A stretch of DNA of 64,000 nt, from positions 91,419 through 155,418 of the forward strand of contig JBEKIT010000002.1 in the NCBI GenBank assembly GCA_050011555.1, read 5' to 3'. Position numbers and translations under genes: made by a program. Of this stretch, positions 18,926-31,717 are shown in pieces. The stretch's first letter is position 1. Each line of letters begins with the position of its first letter. The notes under the pieces are model-generated. The model had not been told where the DNA came from. It saw only the letters and a program-made list of their open reading frames with translations, and searched no databases. The stretch comes from Candidatus Dormibacteria bacterium (GTDB lineage: Bacteria; Chloroflexota; Dormibacteria; Aeolococcales; Aeolococcaceae).

Positions 18926-19661
18926 GGCTTCGGCCTCCCATCGATGTCCAGCCTCACCGCCGGCGCGGTGTGCCCGGCACGGGCCGGGGGGTGGCAGGCG
19001 CGGGTTGTCTGAGCCACCCGCATCGGGGTCGACGGAACAGTCCGGCCAGGTCCGGTCCGCCTTCCCGTCCTATGAGGAGCTGTCGGCCGACCTGATCGAG
19101 GCGCTCGATCAGGCGGGCCTCTTCATCGAGGACGTGCGGCACCACCTGGAGCCGTCGGTGGGGGAGCGCCGTTTCGAGTGCACCATCCGGCTCTCTTCCA
19201 GCGAGCCACCCGCGCGCTACCACGTCCACCTCAGCTTCGTCTGGGACGCCCTCCTGACCTACATCGCGGCCTACGGCGCCGGCGCCGATTGCGACCTCTA
19301 CCACGACGACGACGAGGCCGAGGACTGTCCCCACCACCAGCTCACGCCCCAGCCCTTCGTCGAGCTGGAGGCGGAGTTCGTCCTCGGCGACGGAGGCTAC
19401 GAGCTGCACGACGTGGCCGAGATCTCGTCGTGGGTGGAGACGGTGCAGGAGCTGCTGGCCAAGGTGTTCCGGGACGAGGACCGCCCCTCCGTCCACGTCG
19501 GGATCGCCTCCCTGGGATCGACCACGCTGGTCGAGAAGTTCACCGCCGAGCACTCGTGGCTCCTCGACTTCGAGCAGCCCCCGGACGTCGAGGGGATCGC
19601 CCGCCAGATCCTGACCGCGCTGCGCCTGGTCCCGCAGCTCGCCGACCGCCTGCCGATCTGA
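18924..19661 (+). CDS. Hypothetical protein. The true start is probably downstream of 18924.
   Basis: Long ORF with coding-like composition. No recognisable motif. Confidence 0.35.
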   Translation: MASASHRCPASPPARCARHGPGGGRRGLSEPPASGSTEQSGQVRSAFPSYEELSADLIEALDQAGLFIEDVRHHLEPSVGERRFECTIRLSSSEPPARYHVHLSFVWDALLTYIAAYGAGADCDLYHDDDEAEDCPHHQLTPQPFVELEAEFVLGDGGYELHDVAEISSWVETVQELLAKVFRDEDRPSVHVGIASLGSTTLVEKFTAEHSWLLDFEQPPDVEGIARQILTALRLVPQLADRLPI

Positions 19662-19672
19662 CCCCGGCGGGC

Positions 19673-20158
19673 TCATCCCGCTCGCAGTCCGGCGGCCACC
19701 TCGGGATCGATCTCGGCGACCAGCCGGCGCCAGAACGGACGTCGTGGGAGCTCCGGATGGGGCACCGCGGGGTCGGCCCGGCTCGCGATCTCGCCATGCC
19801 GGCCGAGCAGGATGAGGTCGGCATCAGCGCGCCGCGGGCCCCAGCGGTAGGTGGCCCGCCGGCCGCAGGCCTCCTCCGCGTTGGCGCACGCCTCCAACCA
19901 GCGATGGGCGGTCCACGGCTCGGGGCTGCGGGCCAGGACCACCTGATTGTGGAAGTCGCCCTGAGCGACGACGCCGACAGGACGGGTGAGGATCTCCATC
20001 GACACCCCCTCCACCGCCATCCCGGACGACTCCAGGGCGTCGCGGAGGCAGCGCAGGGCGCGCCCGCGGTGGCCAACGTTGCAGCCCAGCGCGATCCAGG
20101 CCCACGGGGAGGTCGGAGGCGAGGTCGGCGAGGCGGTCGGAGAGGCGGCGCCGTTCAT
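19673..20158 (-). CDS. folK: 6-hydroxymethyl-7,8-dihydropterin pyrophosphokinase (HPPK)
   Basis: WIALGCNVG ... RWGPRRADADLIL motifs. 4-nt overlap with folP. Confidence 0.85.
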   Translation of the reverse strand: MNGAASPTASPTSPPTSPWAWIALGCNVGHRGRALRCLRDALESSGMAVEGVSMEILTRPVGVVAQGDFHNQVVLARSPEPWTAHRWLEACANAEEACGRRATYRWGPRRADADLILLGRHGEIASRADPAVPHPELPRRPFWRRLVAEIDPEVAAGLRAG

Positions 20159-21396
20159 CCGGTGGGCCCGGGGGACGGCGCCCGGCGCACCGTTTCAGGG
20201 AGCTCGCGCAGGACCGCGTCGGCCACCCGCAGACCCCGGCTGATCGCCGCCACGTCATGGACCCGCACCATCTCCGCCCCGGCGGCGACGGCGAGCACGC
20301 AGAGCGCCAGGGTGCCCTCGACGCGCAGCTCCGGCGGGGCGCCGTCGAGGAGGAGGCCGATGGTGGATTTGCGCGACGCACCGAGGAGCAGCGGGCGACC
20401 GAGCCCGCGGAGCTCGGCCAGGCGCCTCATCAGCTCGAGGTTCTGGGCAGGCGTCTTGCCGAAGCCGAAGCCCGGGTCCACCACCACCCGGTCGGCTCCG
20501 ATGCCGTGCCGCGCGGCGACGACCAGCGACTCCCGGAGGTCGCGGGCGACCTCCGCCACCAGGTCGGAGTACTCGTGGCCGCGGCGGTTGTGCATCGCCA
20601 CCAGGGCCACGTCAGGGTGGGAGGCGATCACCGGCGCCATCTGCGGGTCCCCGCGCAGGCCCCAGATGTCGTTGACCATGGTGGCGCCGGCGCCGATCGC
20701 GGCCCGGGCCACCTCTGCCTTGCGGGTGTCGACGGAGATCGGGACCGGGAGCCGGCCCGCCAGCGCCTCCACCACCGGGATCACCCGGCGCAGCTCGGTG
20801 GGCGCGTCGACCGGGGCGGAGCCCGGCCGTGTGGACTCACCGCCCACGTCGATGAGATCGGCCCCGTCCGCGACCATCCGCTCGGCGAGGGCCACCGCCG
20901 CGTCCACGTCCCCGGCGAGACCATCGCCCGAGAACGAGTCGGGGGTGGCATTGACGATCCCCATCACCAGCGTCCTCGCGCCGAGCTCGAGCCAGCGGTC
21001 CCCGCAGCGCAGCCGGGTCCGGTGGCTCCCGGAGGCGAGCGCACCCGCGAGCGCACCCGCTAGGTCCTGGTTGGGAGGACCGCCTCCGCCCAGACGCGAC
21101 GCCACCGCCAGCAGCGAGTCGGGCGGGCCGAGCAGGACCGTCCGGCGACCGTCTGGGGCGGTGACCGCCCTCCCTCCCTCGGCCTGGATCGCCCGTTCCA
21201 GCGCCCTGGCCTGGCCGGGCTCGAGCCCCTCGACGGCGATCGCCTCCGCGGCGGCGCCCGGAGCGTGGAGCGAGGTCCCCGCCGGTCCGGCCACCGCCTC
21301 CAGGGCCAGCTCCAGAGAGCCGGACCCGCCCGGCGTGAGCGGCCGGACGTTGTGACGGAGAGCAGCCTGGGCCGCGGCGAGGGCGGTGCTCACCAT
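20155..21396 (-). CDS. folP: Dihydropteroate synthase with an N-terminal extension of about 130 aa of unknown function
   Basis: TLVMGIVNATPDSFSGDG pterin-binding motif and full DHPS barrel. 413 aa, against about 280 aa typical. Confidence 0.85.
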   Translation of the reverse strand: MVSTALAAAQAALRHNVRPLTPGGSGSLELALEAVAGPAGTSLHAPGAAAEAIAVEGLEPGQARALERAIQAEGGRAVTAPDGRRTVLLGPPDSLLAVASRLGGGGPPNQDLAGALAGALASGSHRTRLRCGDRWLELGARTLVMGIVNATPDSFSGDGLAGDVDAAVALAERMVADGADLIDVGGESTRPGSAPVDAPTELRRVIPVVEALAGRLPVPISVDTRKAEVARAAIGAGATMVNDIWGLRGDPQMAPVIASHPDVALVAMHNRRGHEYSDLVAEVARDLRESLVVAARHGIGADRVVVDPGFGFGKTPAQNLELMRRLAELRGLGRPLLLGASRKSTIGLLLDGAPPELRVEGTLALCVLAVAAGAEMVRVHDVAAISRGLRVADAVLRELPETVRRAPSPGPTG

Positions 21397-21423
21397 CCGA
21401 GGGCCCGCTCCACCCGCCGGCGC

Positions 21424-22122
21424 TCAGTAGCCGTCGGCGTGCAGGGTCGGATGGTCCATGCCCACCGCATGCCCGACCTCGTGCAGCACGGTGCGGCGGA
21501 TCTCGTCGGAGAGGGCGGCCCGATCACGACACCAATTCTCGATGTTCAGCTGGTAGATCTCGATGGCGGCGGGGTTGAGCTGTCCCCAGCCGCCGGTGAC
21601 CCCGTAGACATTGCCCAGCCAGTAGCCGAGCGCGTGGGGGTCGAGGTGCCGGTCCATCACCATGTCGAGGGCGGGGAGGGGCGCCACCGCGATCCCGGTG
21701 CCGGTGTCCTCGAGGAAGTCGACCACGGGGGAGGGCAGCGCCGGCAGTACCGCCCCGGCGATCGCCTCGAACTCGCCGGCGCCGATCCGGAAGGGGACCA
21801 CGTACCTGGCCGGATCGAGGTGGGCGGCGCGGCGGAAGCAGGCCTCGGCGTCCTCCCTGCCGCTCCACTGGAGTGCCTCGCCGAGCGCGAACCAGGCGTC
21901 GGCCGAGCCCGGCTCCAGGCGGGTCAGGCGGTCCAGCGCCTCCGCCGCCTCCGCCGGCGCGCCGGCCCGGAGCGCCATCTCCCCCCGGGTCTCCCAGACC
22001 TCGGGCTCGTCGGGCGCCAGCGCGCAGGCGCGGCGCGCCACGGTGAGGGCCTCCGCGAAACGCTCGCGCTCCTCGAGCCGGTCGATCCGCTCCAGGAGCC
22101 GGGTCAGCGGGTCACCGGCCAT
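21424..22122 (-). CDS. TPR-repeat plus zincin-like metallopeptidase-fold protein (HExxH)
   Basis: C-terminal HEVGHAVGMDH. TPR-like helices in the N-terminal half. Start taken at MAGDPLTRLL. Confidence 0.6.
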   Translation of the reverse strand: MAGDPLTRLLERIDRLEERERFAEALTVARRACALAPDEPEVWETRGEMALRAGAPAEAAEALDRLTRLEPGSADAWFALGEALQWSGREDAEACFRRAAHLDPARYVVPFRIGAGEFEAIAGAVLPALPSPVVDFLEDTGTGIAVAPLPALDMVMDRHLDPHALGYWLGNVYGVTGGWGQLNPAAIEIYQLNIENWCRDRAALSDEIRRTVLHEVGHAVGMDHPTLHADGY

Positions 22123-22429
22123 GCCGGCCGCGCCCCCGGCGGCGCCGTCGACCCGTCCGCCGGCTCGGGGGGTCGGCGCGGTCCCCGGTCCGGCCGCTCG
22201 GGTGCCACATGGCCCGGAGTGTATCCCCGCGAGCTTGGCGCCGCGCCCATGGAGGCACGCCCCCGGGCCGCCCGGCGAGCTCGGCGCGGGCCCGGCGTCT
22301 GGCCTCGCCCAACTCGGCGCCGGCCCTGTTTGTGCGGCCAGTACATGTCTCGAGTGCCCGCGGAGCCCTAGCCTGAACTCGCAGGAGTTGGGCGTCCGGA
22401 CTGGACGGCACGGGAGGTCCTTGAGCGCG

Positions 22430-23800
22430 ATGCTACTGGCACAACTGGTCCCAGATCCGAGCTGGTTGAACTCGGGGGACAACGCCTGGCAGATCACTGC
22501 CGCGACGCTGGTCGGGATCATGAGTGTCCCGGGGCTCGCGATCCTCTACGCGGGGATCATGAAGCGCAAGTGGGCCGTCAACTCGGCGATGATGGTGCTC
22601 TACGCGTTCGCCATGACGCTCATCGTCTGGACGCTGTTCGCGTACAACATGAGCTTCGGGCACCCGGGCATCCTCGCTGTCGTCGGAAAGCCGGCCACGG
22701 TGCTGAGCGCCAACAGCCTGGAGCAGCAGGCCCAGATCCCGCTCCTCAACGGGCTGATGCCGCCGATCCGGTTCCCGCTCAGCTCCATGGTCTACTTCCA
22801 ATTCGTCTTCGCGGCGATCACCGTGATCATCCTCGGCGGCTCGGTGCTGGGCCGGATCAGCTTCAAGGCCTGGGCCATCCTGGTTCCGGCCTGGATCACG
22901 GTCGTCTACTCGGTCGGGGCCTTCAGCATCTGGGGCGGCGGCTGGCTCTCCCAGATGGGAGCGGTGGACTTCTCCGGCGGTTACGTGATCCACGTGGCCG
23001 CCGCGGTCTCCGGGTTCACCGCGGCGGCGGTCATCGGTCCGCGGCTGCTCCGCGACCGCCAGCACACCAGCCCCAGCAACCTGATCATGGCGGTGGCCGG
23101 CGGCGGGCTGCTCTGGCTGGGCTGGAGCGGCTTCAACGGAGGGGACCCCTACTTCGCCAACGCCGACGCGGCCGGCGCCATCCTCAACACCCACCTCTGC
23201 ACCGCCACCGCGCTCTGCACCTGGGTGATGTGGGACGCGCTCCGGTTCAAGAAGGTCAGCGTGGCCGGGGCCATCAACGGCATGGTGGCCGGCCTGGTGG
23301 CGATCACCCCCGCGGCCGGCTTCATCGACGGCTACGCGGCGCTGGTGCTGGGCGTCCTCGCCGGCACCCTGCCCTGGATCACCATCAACCTCGCGCCCAG
23401 GTTCGCGCTCTTCCGCCGGGTCGACGACACCCTCGGCGTTATCCACACCCACGGCGTCGCCGGGGCCCTGGGTGGTCTCTTCACCGGGATCATGGCCGAC
23501 CCCAACATGGTCGAGTACCTGGGCGTCAAGGGCACCCCGAACTCGGTGGTCACCGGGCTCTGGTACGGCCACCCCCAGCAGCTCCTGTACCAGTTCATCG
23601 CTCTCGTCTTCATCATCGGATATGACGCGGTGGCCACATTCGTGATCGTCAAGCTGATCGGCCTGGTGGTGCCGCTCCGCGCTCCGGACGCTCACCTGGA
23701 AGTCGGCGACCAGGTGATCCACGGCGAGGTGTCCGTCGACCTGGAGCCCTACCCCGGGGCCCCTCACCTGCCGGTGCCGGCGATGGCCCCGGCGACCTGA
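22430..23800 (+). CDS. amt: Ammonium transporter (Amt family)
   Basis: Eleven TM segments and Amt signature regions. SD GGGAGG upstream of the ATG. Confidence 0.9.
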   Translation: MLLAQLVPDPSWLNSGDNAWQITAATLVGIMSVPGLAILYAGIMKRKWAVNSAMMVLYAFAMTLIVWTLFAYNMSFGHPGILAVVGKPATVLSANSLEQQAQIPLLNGLMPPIRFPLSSMVYFQFVFAAITVIILGGSVLGRISFKAWAILVPAWITVVYSVGAFSIWGGGWLSQMGAVDFSGGYVIHVAAAVSGFTAAAVIGPRLLRDRQHTSPSNLIMAVAGGGLLWLGWSGFNGGDPYFANADAAGAILNTHLCTATALCTWVMWDALRFKKVSVAGAINGMVAGLVAITPAAGFIDGYAALVLGVLAGTLPWITINLAPRFALFRRVDDTLGVIHTHGVAGALGGLFTGIMADPNMVEYLGVKGTPNSVVTGLWYGHPQQLLYQFIALVFIIGYDAVATFVIVKLIGLVVPLRAPDAHLEVGDQVIHGEVSVDLEPYPGAPHLPVPAMAPAT

Positions 23801-23818
23801 CCTCTGCTCCTCGGGCCT

Positions 23819-23843
23819 GCGTGGGAGTCGTGCCCTCCCACGC
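23819..23843. terminator. Hairpin GCGTGGGAG-tcgtgcc-CTCCCACGC between convergent amt and the methyltransferase gene
   Basis: Perfect 9-bp inverted repeat read directly. Confidence 0.45.
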
Positions 23844-23953
23844 GGGCCCCCCTCCTGGACGGGCTCGGCGTGTCACCGGGCCCGTCCCTGTTTAACCTCC
23901 TCACGCGGTGGCCGCCTCCCACCGAATCCGGCAGGACGTCGGACCTGCATCGG

Positions 23954-24694
23954 TCAGGCCTCGAGCGGGTCGCGTCCGGTCGTGGTGTAGGCGGAGCAGC
24001 GCGCCCGCGCCAGGGCGACCGCGTCCGCGCTGATGTCGGCGCCGGCGAACGAGCAGCCGGCGGCCAGCGCCGCGATCGCCGAGCTGCCGCTCCCCGCGAA
24101 GGGGTCGCACACCACCATCCCCGGTTCCACGCTGCCCACCAGCATGCGGGCGAACAGCTCCACCGGCTTCTGAGTCGGGTAGGCGCCCCGGTGGATCCGC
24201 TTGATCCGCCAGACGTCGGCGAGGTCGCGGCGGTTCAGCCGGCGGCGGCCCTTGCACGCGAACACCACCAGCTCATGGCTGCGCCGGAAGTAGTGACCCA
24301 TCCCGATGTTCACCTTGTCCCAGACGATCACGCCCTTGACATTGAAACGCTCGCGCATCAGCGCCCCCAGGCTGAGCAGCGAGAACGAATCGAACATCAC
24401 GTAGATGTGGCGGTCGGGGCGGAGCACCCGGTGGCATTCCTCGAGGAAGCGCGAGAACGTCGCGGGGTCGTCGTGGAACTCCTGGAACCATCGGGAGTTC
24501 CCGGGCTCGCCGTAGCGACCCACGATCCGTCCGCGGCCGAACTGCATGTGCTGGTTCATGCCGGAGTAGGCGGGGTCGGTGACGATGCAGTCGACGGATC
24601 CGTCCTCGAGGGCGCCCAGGAAGTCGAGGCAGTCGGACCGCTCGACGCGCCAGAGCGGCGTGGCGTCCGGGACGTCGTGAACCGCGAGCCCCAT
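23954..24694 (-). CDS. Beta-class N6-adenine/N4-cytosine DNA methyltransferase (N-4/N-6 methylase domain). No cognate endonuclease is detectable.
   Basis: Motif IV DPAY precedes motif I VVCDPFAGSGSS (beta-class order). About 246 aa. Confidence 0.8.
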   Translation of the reverse strand: MGLAVHDVPDATPLWRVERSDCLDFLGALEDGSVDCIVTDPAYSGMNQHMQFGRGRIVGRYGEPGNSRWFQEFHDDPATFSRFLEECHRVLRPDRHIYVMFDSFSLLSLGALMRERFNVKGVIVWDKVNIGMGHYFRRSHELVVFACKGRRRLNRRDLADVWRIKRIHRGAYPTQKPVELFARMLVGSVEPGMVVCDPFAGSGSSAIAALAAGCSFAGADISADAVALARARCSAYTTTGRDPLEA

Positions 24695-24789
24695 CGCGCG
24701 AAGCTTAGCCGCGGCACCGGCTGGCGGAGCGCCGGACTGGCCCCGCCGTCCGGGGACCGCTCGCGCCCGTCACGTGGGGGGCCAGGCGG

Positions 24790-25317
24790 TCAGCCCTTCT
24801 CCCCTCCACTCGGGCGAGGCCACATCCCTTCGTCGGGCGGGGTGGGGCGATCATCCGGTGGGACCGTCCGATCGTCGGGGGGGGTCGACCGGTCATCCGA
24901 TGGCCGGCGCCGGTCGTCGAAGGAGGCACCGCCGGGAGGTCCGCCCGGCTGACCCTGCTGCCCCGGGAAGCCGAGGCTGCGCAGCAGGTTCTCCAGCTCC
25001 TCGGGCCCACCGAGGTCCTCCTGGACCCGCTCGGCGAAGCGGGAGAGCAGGTCGGAGAGCTGAGGATCCGCGGTCAGCTTCTCCTGCAGCCCGCCGAGTT
25101 GGGAGAAGAGGTCGCGCATGGCGGCCTCCTGGGCGACCTGCATGAGCACCGGCTGGGAGGCGGCGGCGGCGACCGCCTGGGCCTGCTGGCGCACCACCTC
25201 GAAGCCGCGGCAGCTCAGGCAGGTGCCCTCGTGCCCGCAGCGGCAGAGGCGCGACTTGAGACTGTCCAGCTCACGGTGCAGACCGGAGAGGTCGACTCCG
25301 GGTTGAGGATCGCCCAT
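24790..25317 (-). CDS. Hypothetical protein with a Cys cluster (CRCGHEGTCLSC) and a C-terminal PPDDR tandem repeat
   Basis: Sequence inspection only. Confidence 0.45.
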   Translation of the reverse strand: MGDPQPGVDLSGLHRELDSLKSRLCRCGHEGTCLSCRGFEVVRQQAQAVAAAASQPVLMQVAQEAAMRDLFSQLGGLQEKLTADPQLSDLLSRFAERVQEDLGGPEELENLLRSLGFPGQQGQPGGPPGGASFDDRRRPSDDRSTPPDDRTVPPDDRPTPPDEGMWPRPSGGEKG

Positions 25318-25391
25318 GCGTCGATCCTACGCGCCTCGGCGCCCCGGGACCCTGCGCCCCCGGCCCCGGCTCAGGCGGCTACAGTCGGTCG

Positions 25392-28669
<3,278 letters not shown>

Positions 28670-28843
28670 GGCGTCAGGGGCGAAGTTTGTCGCAACCGGG
28701 CCGCCTGGGTCCCGCCCGGACGCCTTGGGGCTGCGACGCTCCGGAGACGATTCCACCCGTGTGTTGCAACTGGCACCCTTTCGGGTATAGTCGTTGCAGG
28801 CGGGAGCTTTCGAGAGCCGCTGCCCCGGCCGTCCGTCGGCCAG

Positions 28844-31636
28844 ATGCCGCGTCATTGCCGCGAGCGCGTGCCTCCGAAGCTTCCCGGAATACGTGTGCTG
28901 CCGCCGCACGGCCATATCCTGCGGCGCATCGAGGTTGACAGTCCGCTGATCGCACCGGACCTCGCGCTCGACCGGCTTCACCTCATCGTGCCCGATGAGA
29001 GCGACGCCATGGTCGTGCTCACCACCCTTGCAAACGGCGGTGCCGCCGGAGCGGATCCCCGCGCCGTCTTTGCCGAGCGCCTCTCCGAGCTCGGCCACCT
29101 CACCGCCTCCTTCAGCGACGACGATCCCCCCCAGGTGCGGCTGGCGCTGCCCGATCTGACCCTGCAGTGCGTCCCCCAGCCCGACCCGGGCGGCGACCCC
29201 GCCCATCTCGCCCTCCGGGTGATCTCGCTCAAGCCGGTCAGCGACCATCCCGAGGGGGCCAAGATCCTGACCCTCACCGCCCGTCACCCGGTGGTCACCG
29301 CCGCCAACGGGGTGGCCAGCGACACCTTCCGGATCCTCGATTGGCGGCGTGCCGGTGCCAAGGCCGCCAAGAGCGAGCGCCTCTACGCCACCCTGAAGCT
29401 GGTCGAGCGCCTGGAGGGGGCGGAGAAGGGCCGAGCCCAGACCCAGCGAACCCGCTACATCGCCGCCCGCGAGTTCTGGCGCTGCAAGACCTGCCGGGCA
29501 CTCTGGCGGCCCGGGGAGCAGACCCAGTGCCCTTCCTGCGGACGCGAGTTCGGCGAGATGGACCGCAGGCAGCCGGAGATCGCCAAGGTCGAGTTCTCCG
29601 TTCCCGAGGGAGAGCCGCTCAACCTCGCCCCGGACGCGGCGGTGCTGGTGGAGCCGGAAGACGAGCCCAACTTCGTCGGCCGGGTCTCCCGGATCGACCA
29701 CCACCGGCACACCGTCGAGGTCACCACCCGCACCTTCGAGCATGCCGGGAGCGAGGGCTACATCACCCCCTCCTTCAACCGAGCCCTCTACCAGGCCAAG
29801 CGCTCGGTGCTGGCCGCGATCGCGACCCGGGATTTTGGGGTGGGTCTGCTCGCCCAGCTCCTGGTCGCCGCCGACACGGTGCGCTCGCCCGCGTACGTCC
29901 CGAGCACCGAGCCGGGGGGATGGCTCACCGAGGGGATGCAGGCGAACCCGCCCCAGGACCGGGCGGTCGCCCTCCTCTCCGGTCTCCAGGCCGGGCAGGC
30001 CGTCTTCATCCAGGGGCCGCCGGGGACCGGCAAGACGACGGTCATCGTGGAGGCCGTCAAACGGCGTCTCGCCGCCGATCCCGAGGAGCGGATCCTGGTC
30101 ACCTCCCACTCCAACCTGGCCGTCGACAACGCGCTGGAGCGGCTCGCCGGCACCCCCGGGATGCGGGCGGTGCGGGTCGCTCGGGCCGAGCGGGTCCACC
30201 CGGCGGTCGAGCGCTTCCGCTGCGACGACGAGGACGACCCACGGCTGATGGAGGCCAACTGCTACTTCGCCACCTGCGCGACGGCGGCCACCTCGGCGAT
30301 CACCGACATGAACTTCGACGTGGTCATCCTCGACGAGGCCAACAAGGCACGGGCCGACGAGTCCCTCCCAGCCCTGCGCCTCGGCTCGGCGCTCGCCCTG
30401 GTCGGCGACCACAAGCAGCTGCCCCCGGTCGAGGACGACTCCCTCTACGGCATCGTCGAGACCGATCCCTTCCTGGAGGAGCTGGTCAACACCTCTCTCT
30501 TCGAGATGGCCTGGGACGGCGGCCTTCCCGCCGAGGCCCGGTGCCTGCTGACCATCCAGCACCGGATGCACCCGCAGATCTCCGCCTACATCTCGCGTGC
30601 CTCCTACGAGGGCCAGCTCGAGGACGCACCGGAGGTTCAGGCCTATGAATTCGTGACCCGCAAGCCGCTGCCGGTCGCGCTTCACTTCGTCGACACCGAC
30701 GGCATGCGGGGAAGCCGGGAGCGCCGCGGCCCCGGTGGCGCCCTGCGCAACGAGACCGAGGTGCGGGTGGCGGCCCACGTGGTCCGCCTGCTCGACGAGC
30801 GCTGCCCGCGCGATCTGAGCATGGCGGTGATCGCCATGTACGCGGAGCAGGTGGAGCGGCTGCGCCAGGCTTTGGGGCGGCGCAAGTTCAAGCGGTCGGT
30901 GAAGATCGACACGGTCGACTCCTTCGAGGGCCGCGAGGAGGACCTGGTCGTCATCTCCCTGGTCCGCTCCAACGAGCGGGGCCGGATCGGCTTCCTGCGG
31001 GTGCCCAACCGGCTCAACGTCGCCGTCTCCCGGGCCAAGCGGCTGGTCGCCTGCATCGGCGATGCCAACACCCTGAGGTCCGGTGAGGAGTCGATGTACG
31101 GCGTGCTGGTCGAGGCTGCACGAGAGGCCGGCGGCTACGTCCTGGCCTCCGAGGTGGTGTCGCCGCGGCGCCGTGCCGACCATCCCTTCGGGACCGAAGG
31201 TGAGGCCGCTCCGGGCGAGGGCGCGGGGTCGCGCCGCCACCGCCGTCGCCGCCGGCCTGGCACCATCGCCGCGGTGCCGCCCGCGCTCGGGCCCGACGGT
31301 GGGCCGCTCGCTCCCGCGGCGGGCGCGGAGGGGCAGATCGGCCAGCCCGCGCGGCGCCGCCGTCGGCGCCGCCGTCGCGGGGGGTCGCACTCGGAGATGG
31401 GAGGAGCCCTCCCCGGGGCGGACGGCGAAGTGCCGCGTTCCGAGGGGGAGGCCGGCAGCACACCCCCGGCGGGCCAGGCCAACTCGCGGTCGCGCCGTCG
31501 CCGTCGCCGTCGCCACGGTCCGCGACCCCTGGGTGCGGGCGGCATCGAGGGCGGCTCGGCCACGCCGGGGACGGGTCCGAGTGGCGGCGAGAGCCCGGGC
31601 GGCGAGGCGGGCCCCCCGCCGTCCGCAGGCGACTGA
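28844..31636 (+). CDS. Superfamily 1 Upf1/DNA2-like helicase (AAA_11/AAA_12) with an N-terminal domain of unknown function containing a CxxC...CxxC zinc ribbon and a C-terminal poly-arginine tail. Start uncertain.
   Basis: Walker A GPPGTGKTT, DEANKA Walker B, QHRMHPQI, and motif VI VAVSRAKR. Zinc ribbon CKTCRALWRPGEQTQCPSCG. Tail has R6-R8 runs. Confidence 0.75.
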   Translation: MPRHCRERVPPKLPGIRVLPPHGHILRRIEVDSPLIAPDLALDRLHLIVPDESDAMVVLTTLANGGAAGADPRAVFAERLSELGHLTASFSDDDPPQVRLALPDLTLQCVPQPDPGGDPAHLALRVISLKPVSDHPEGAKILTLTARHPVVTAANGVASDTFRILDWRRAGAKAAKSERLYATLKLVERLEGAEKGRAQTQRTRYIAAREFWRCKTCRALWRPGEQTQCPSCGREFGEMDRRQPEIAKVEFSVPEGEPLNLAPDAAVLVEPEDEPNFVGRVSRIDHHRHTVEVTTRTFEHAGSEGYITPSFNRALYQAKRSVLAAIATRDFGVGLLAQLLVAADTVRSPAYVPSTEPGGWLTEGMQANPPQDRAVALLSGLQAGQAVFIQGPPGTGKTTVIVEAVKRRLAADPEERILVTSHSNLAVDNALERLAGTPGMRAVRVARAERVHPAVERFRCDDEDDPRLMEANCYFATCATAATSAITDMNFDVVILDEANKARADESLPALRLGSALALVGDHKQLPPVEDDSLYGIVETDPFLEELVNTSLFEMAWDGGLPAEARCLLTIQHRMHPQISAYISRASYEGQLEDAPEVQAYEFVTRKPLPVALHFVDTDGMRGSRERRGPGGALRNETEVRVAAHVVRLLDERCPRDLSMAVIAMYAEQVERLRQALGRRKFKRSVKIDTVDSFEGREEDLVVISLVRSNERGRIGFLRVPNRLNVAVSRAKRLVACIGDANTLRSGEESMYGVLVEAAREAGGYVLASEVVSPRRRADHPFGTEGEAAPGEGAGSRRHRRRRRPGTIAAVPPALGPDGGPLAPAAGAEGQIGQPARRRRRRRRRGGSHSEMGGALPGADGEVPRSEGEAGSTPPAGQANSRSRRRRRRRHGPRPLGAGGIEGGSATPGTGPSGGESPGGEAGPPPSAGD

Positions 31637-31717
31637 GCCGCCCGCGGGCGGGGGTCGGCGGCGAGCTCCGCGCGTCGGAGCCGCGTGCTCAGCACCCCTG
31701 CTAGCCTTCTCGCCGCG

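Noticed and set aside
19178-21355. 725-aa plus-strand ORF opposite folK/folP
   Set aside because: Antisense to two well-supported genes. Arg/Pro/Ala-rich translation typical of GC-rich antisense frames.
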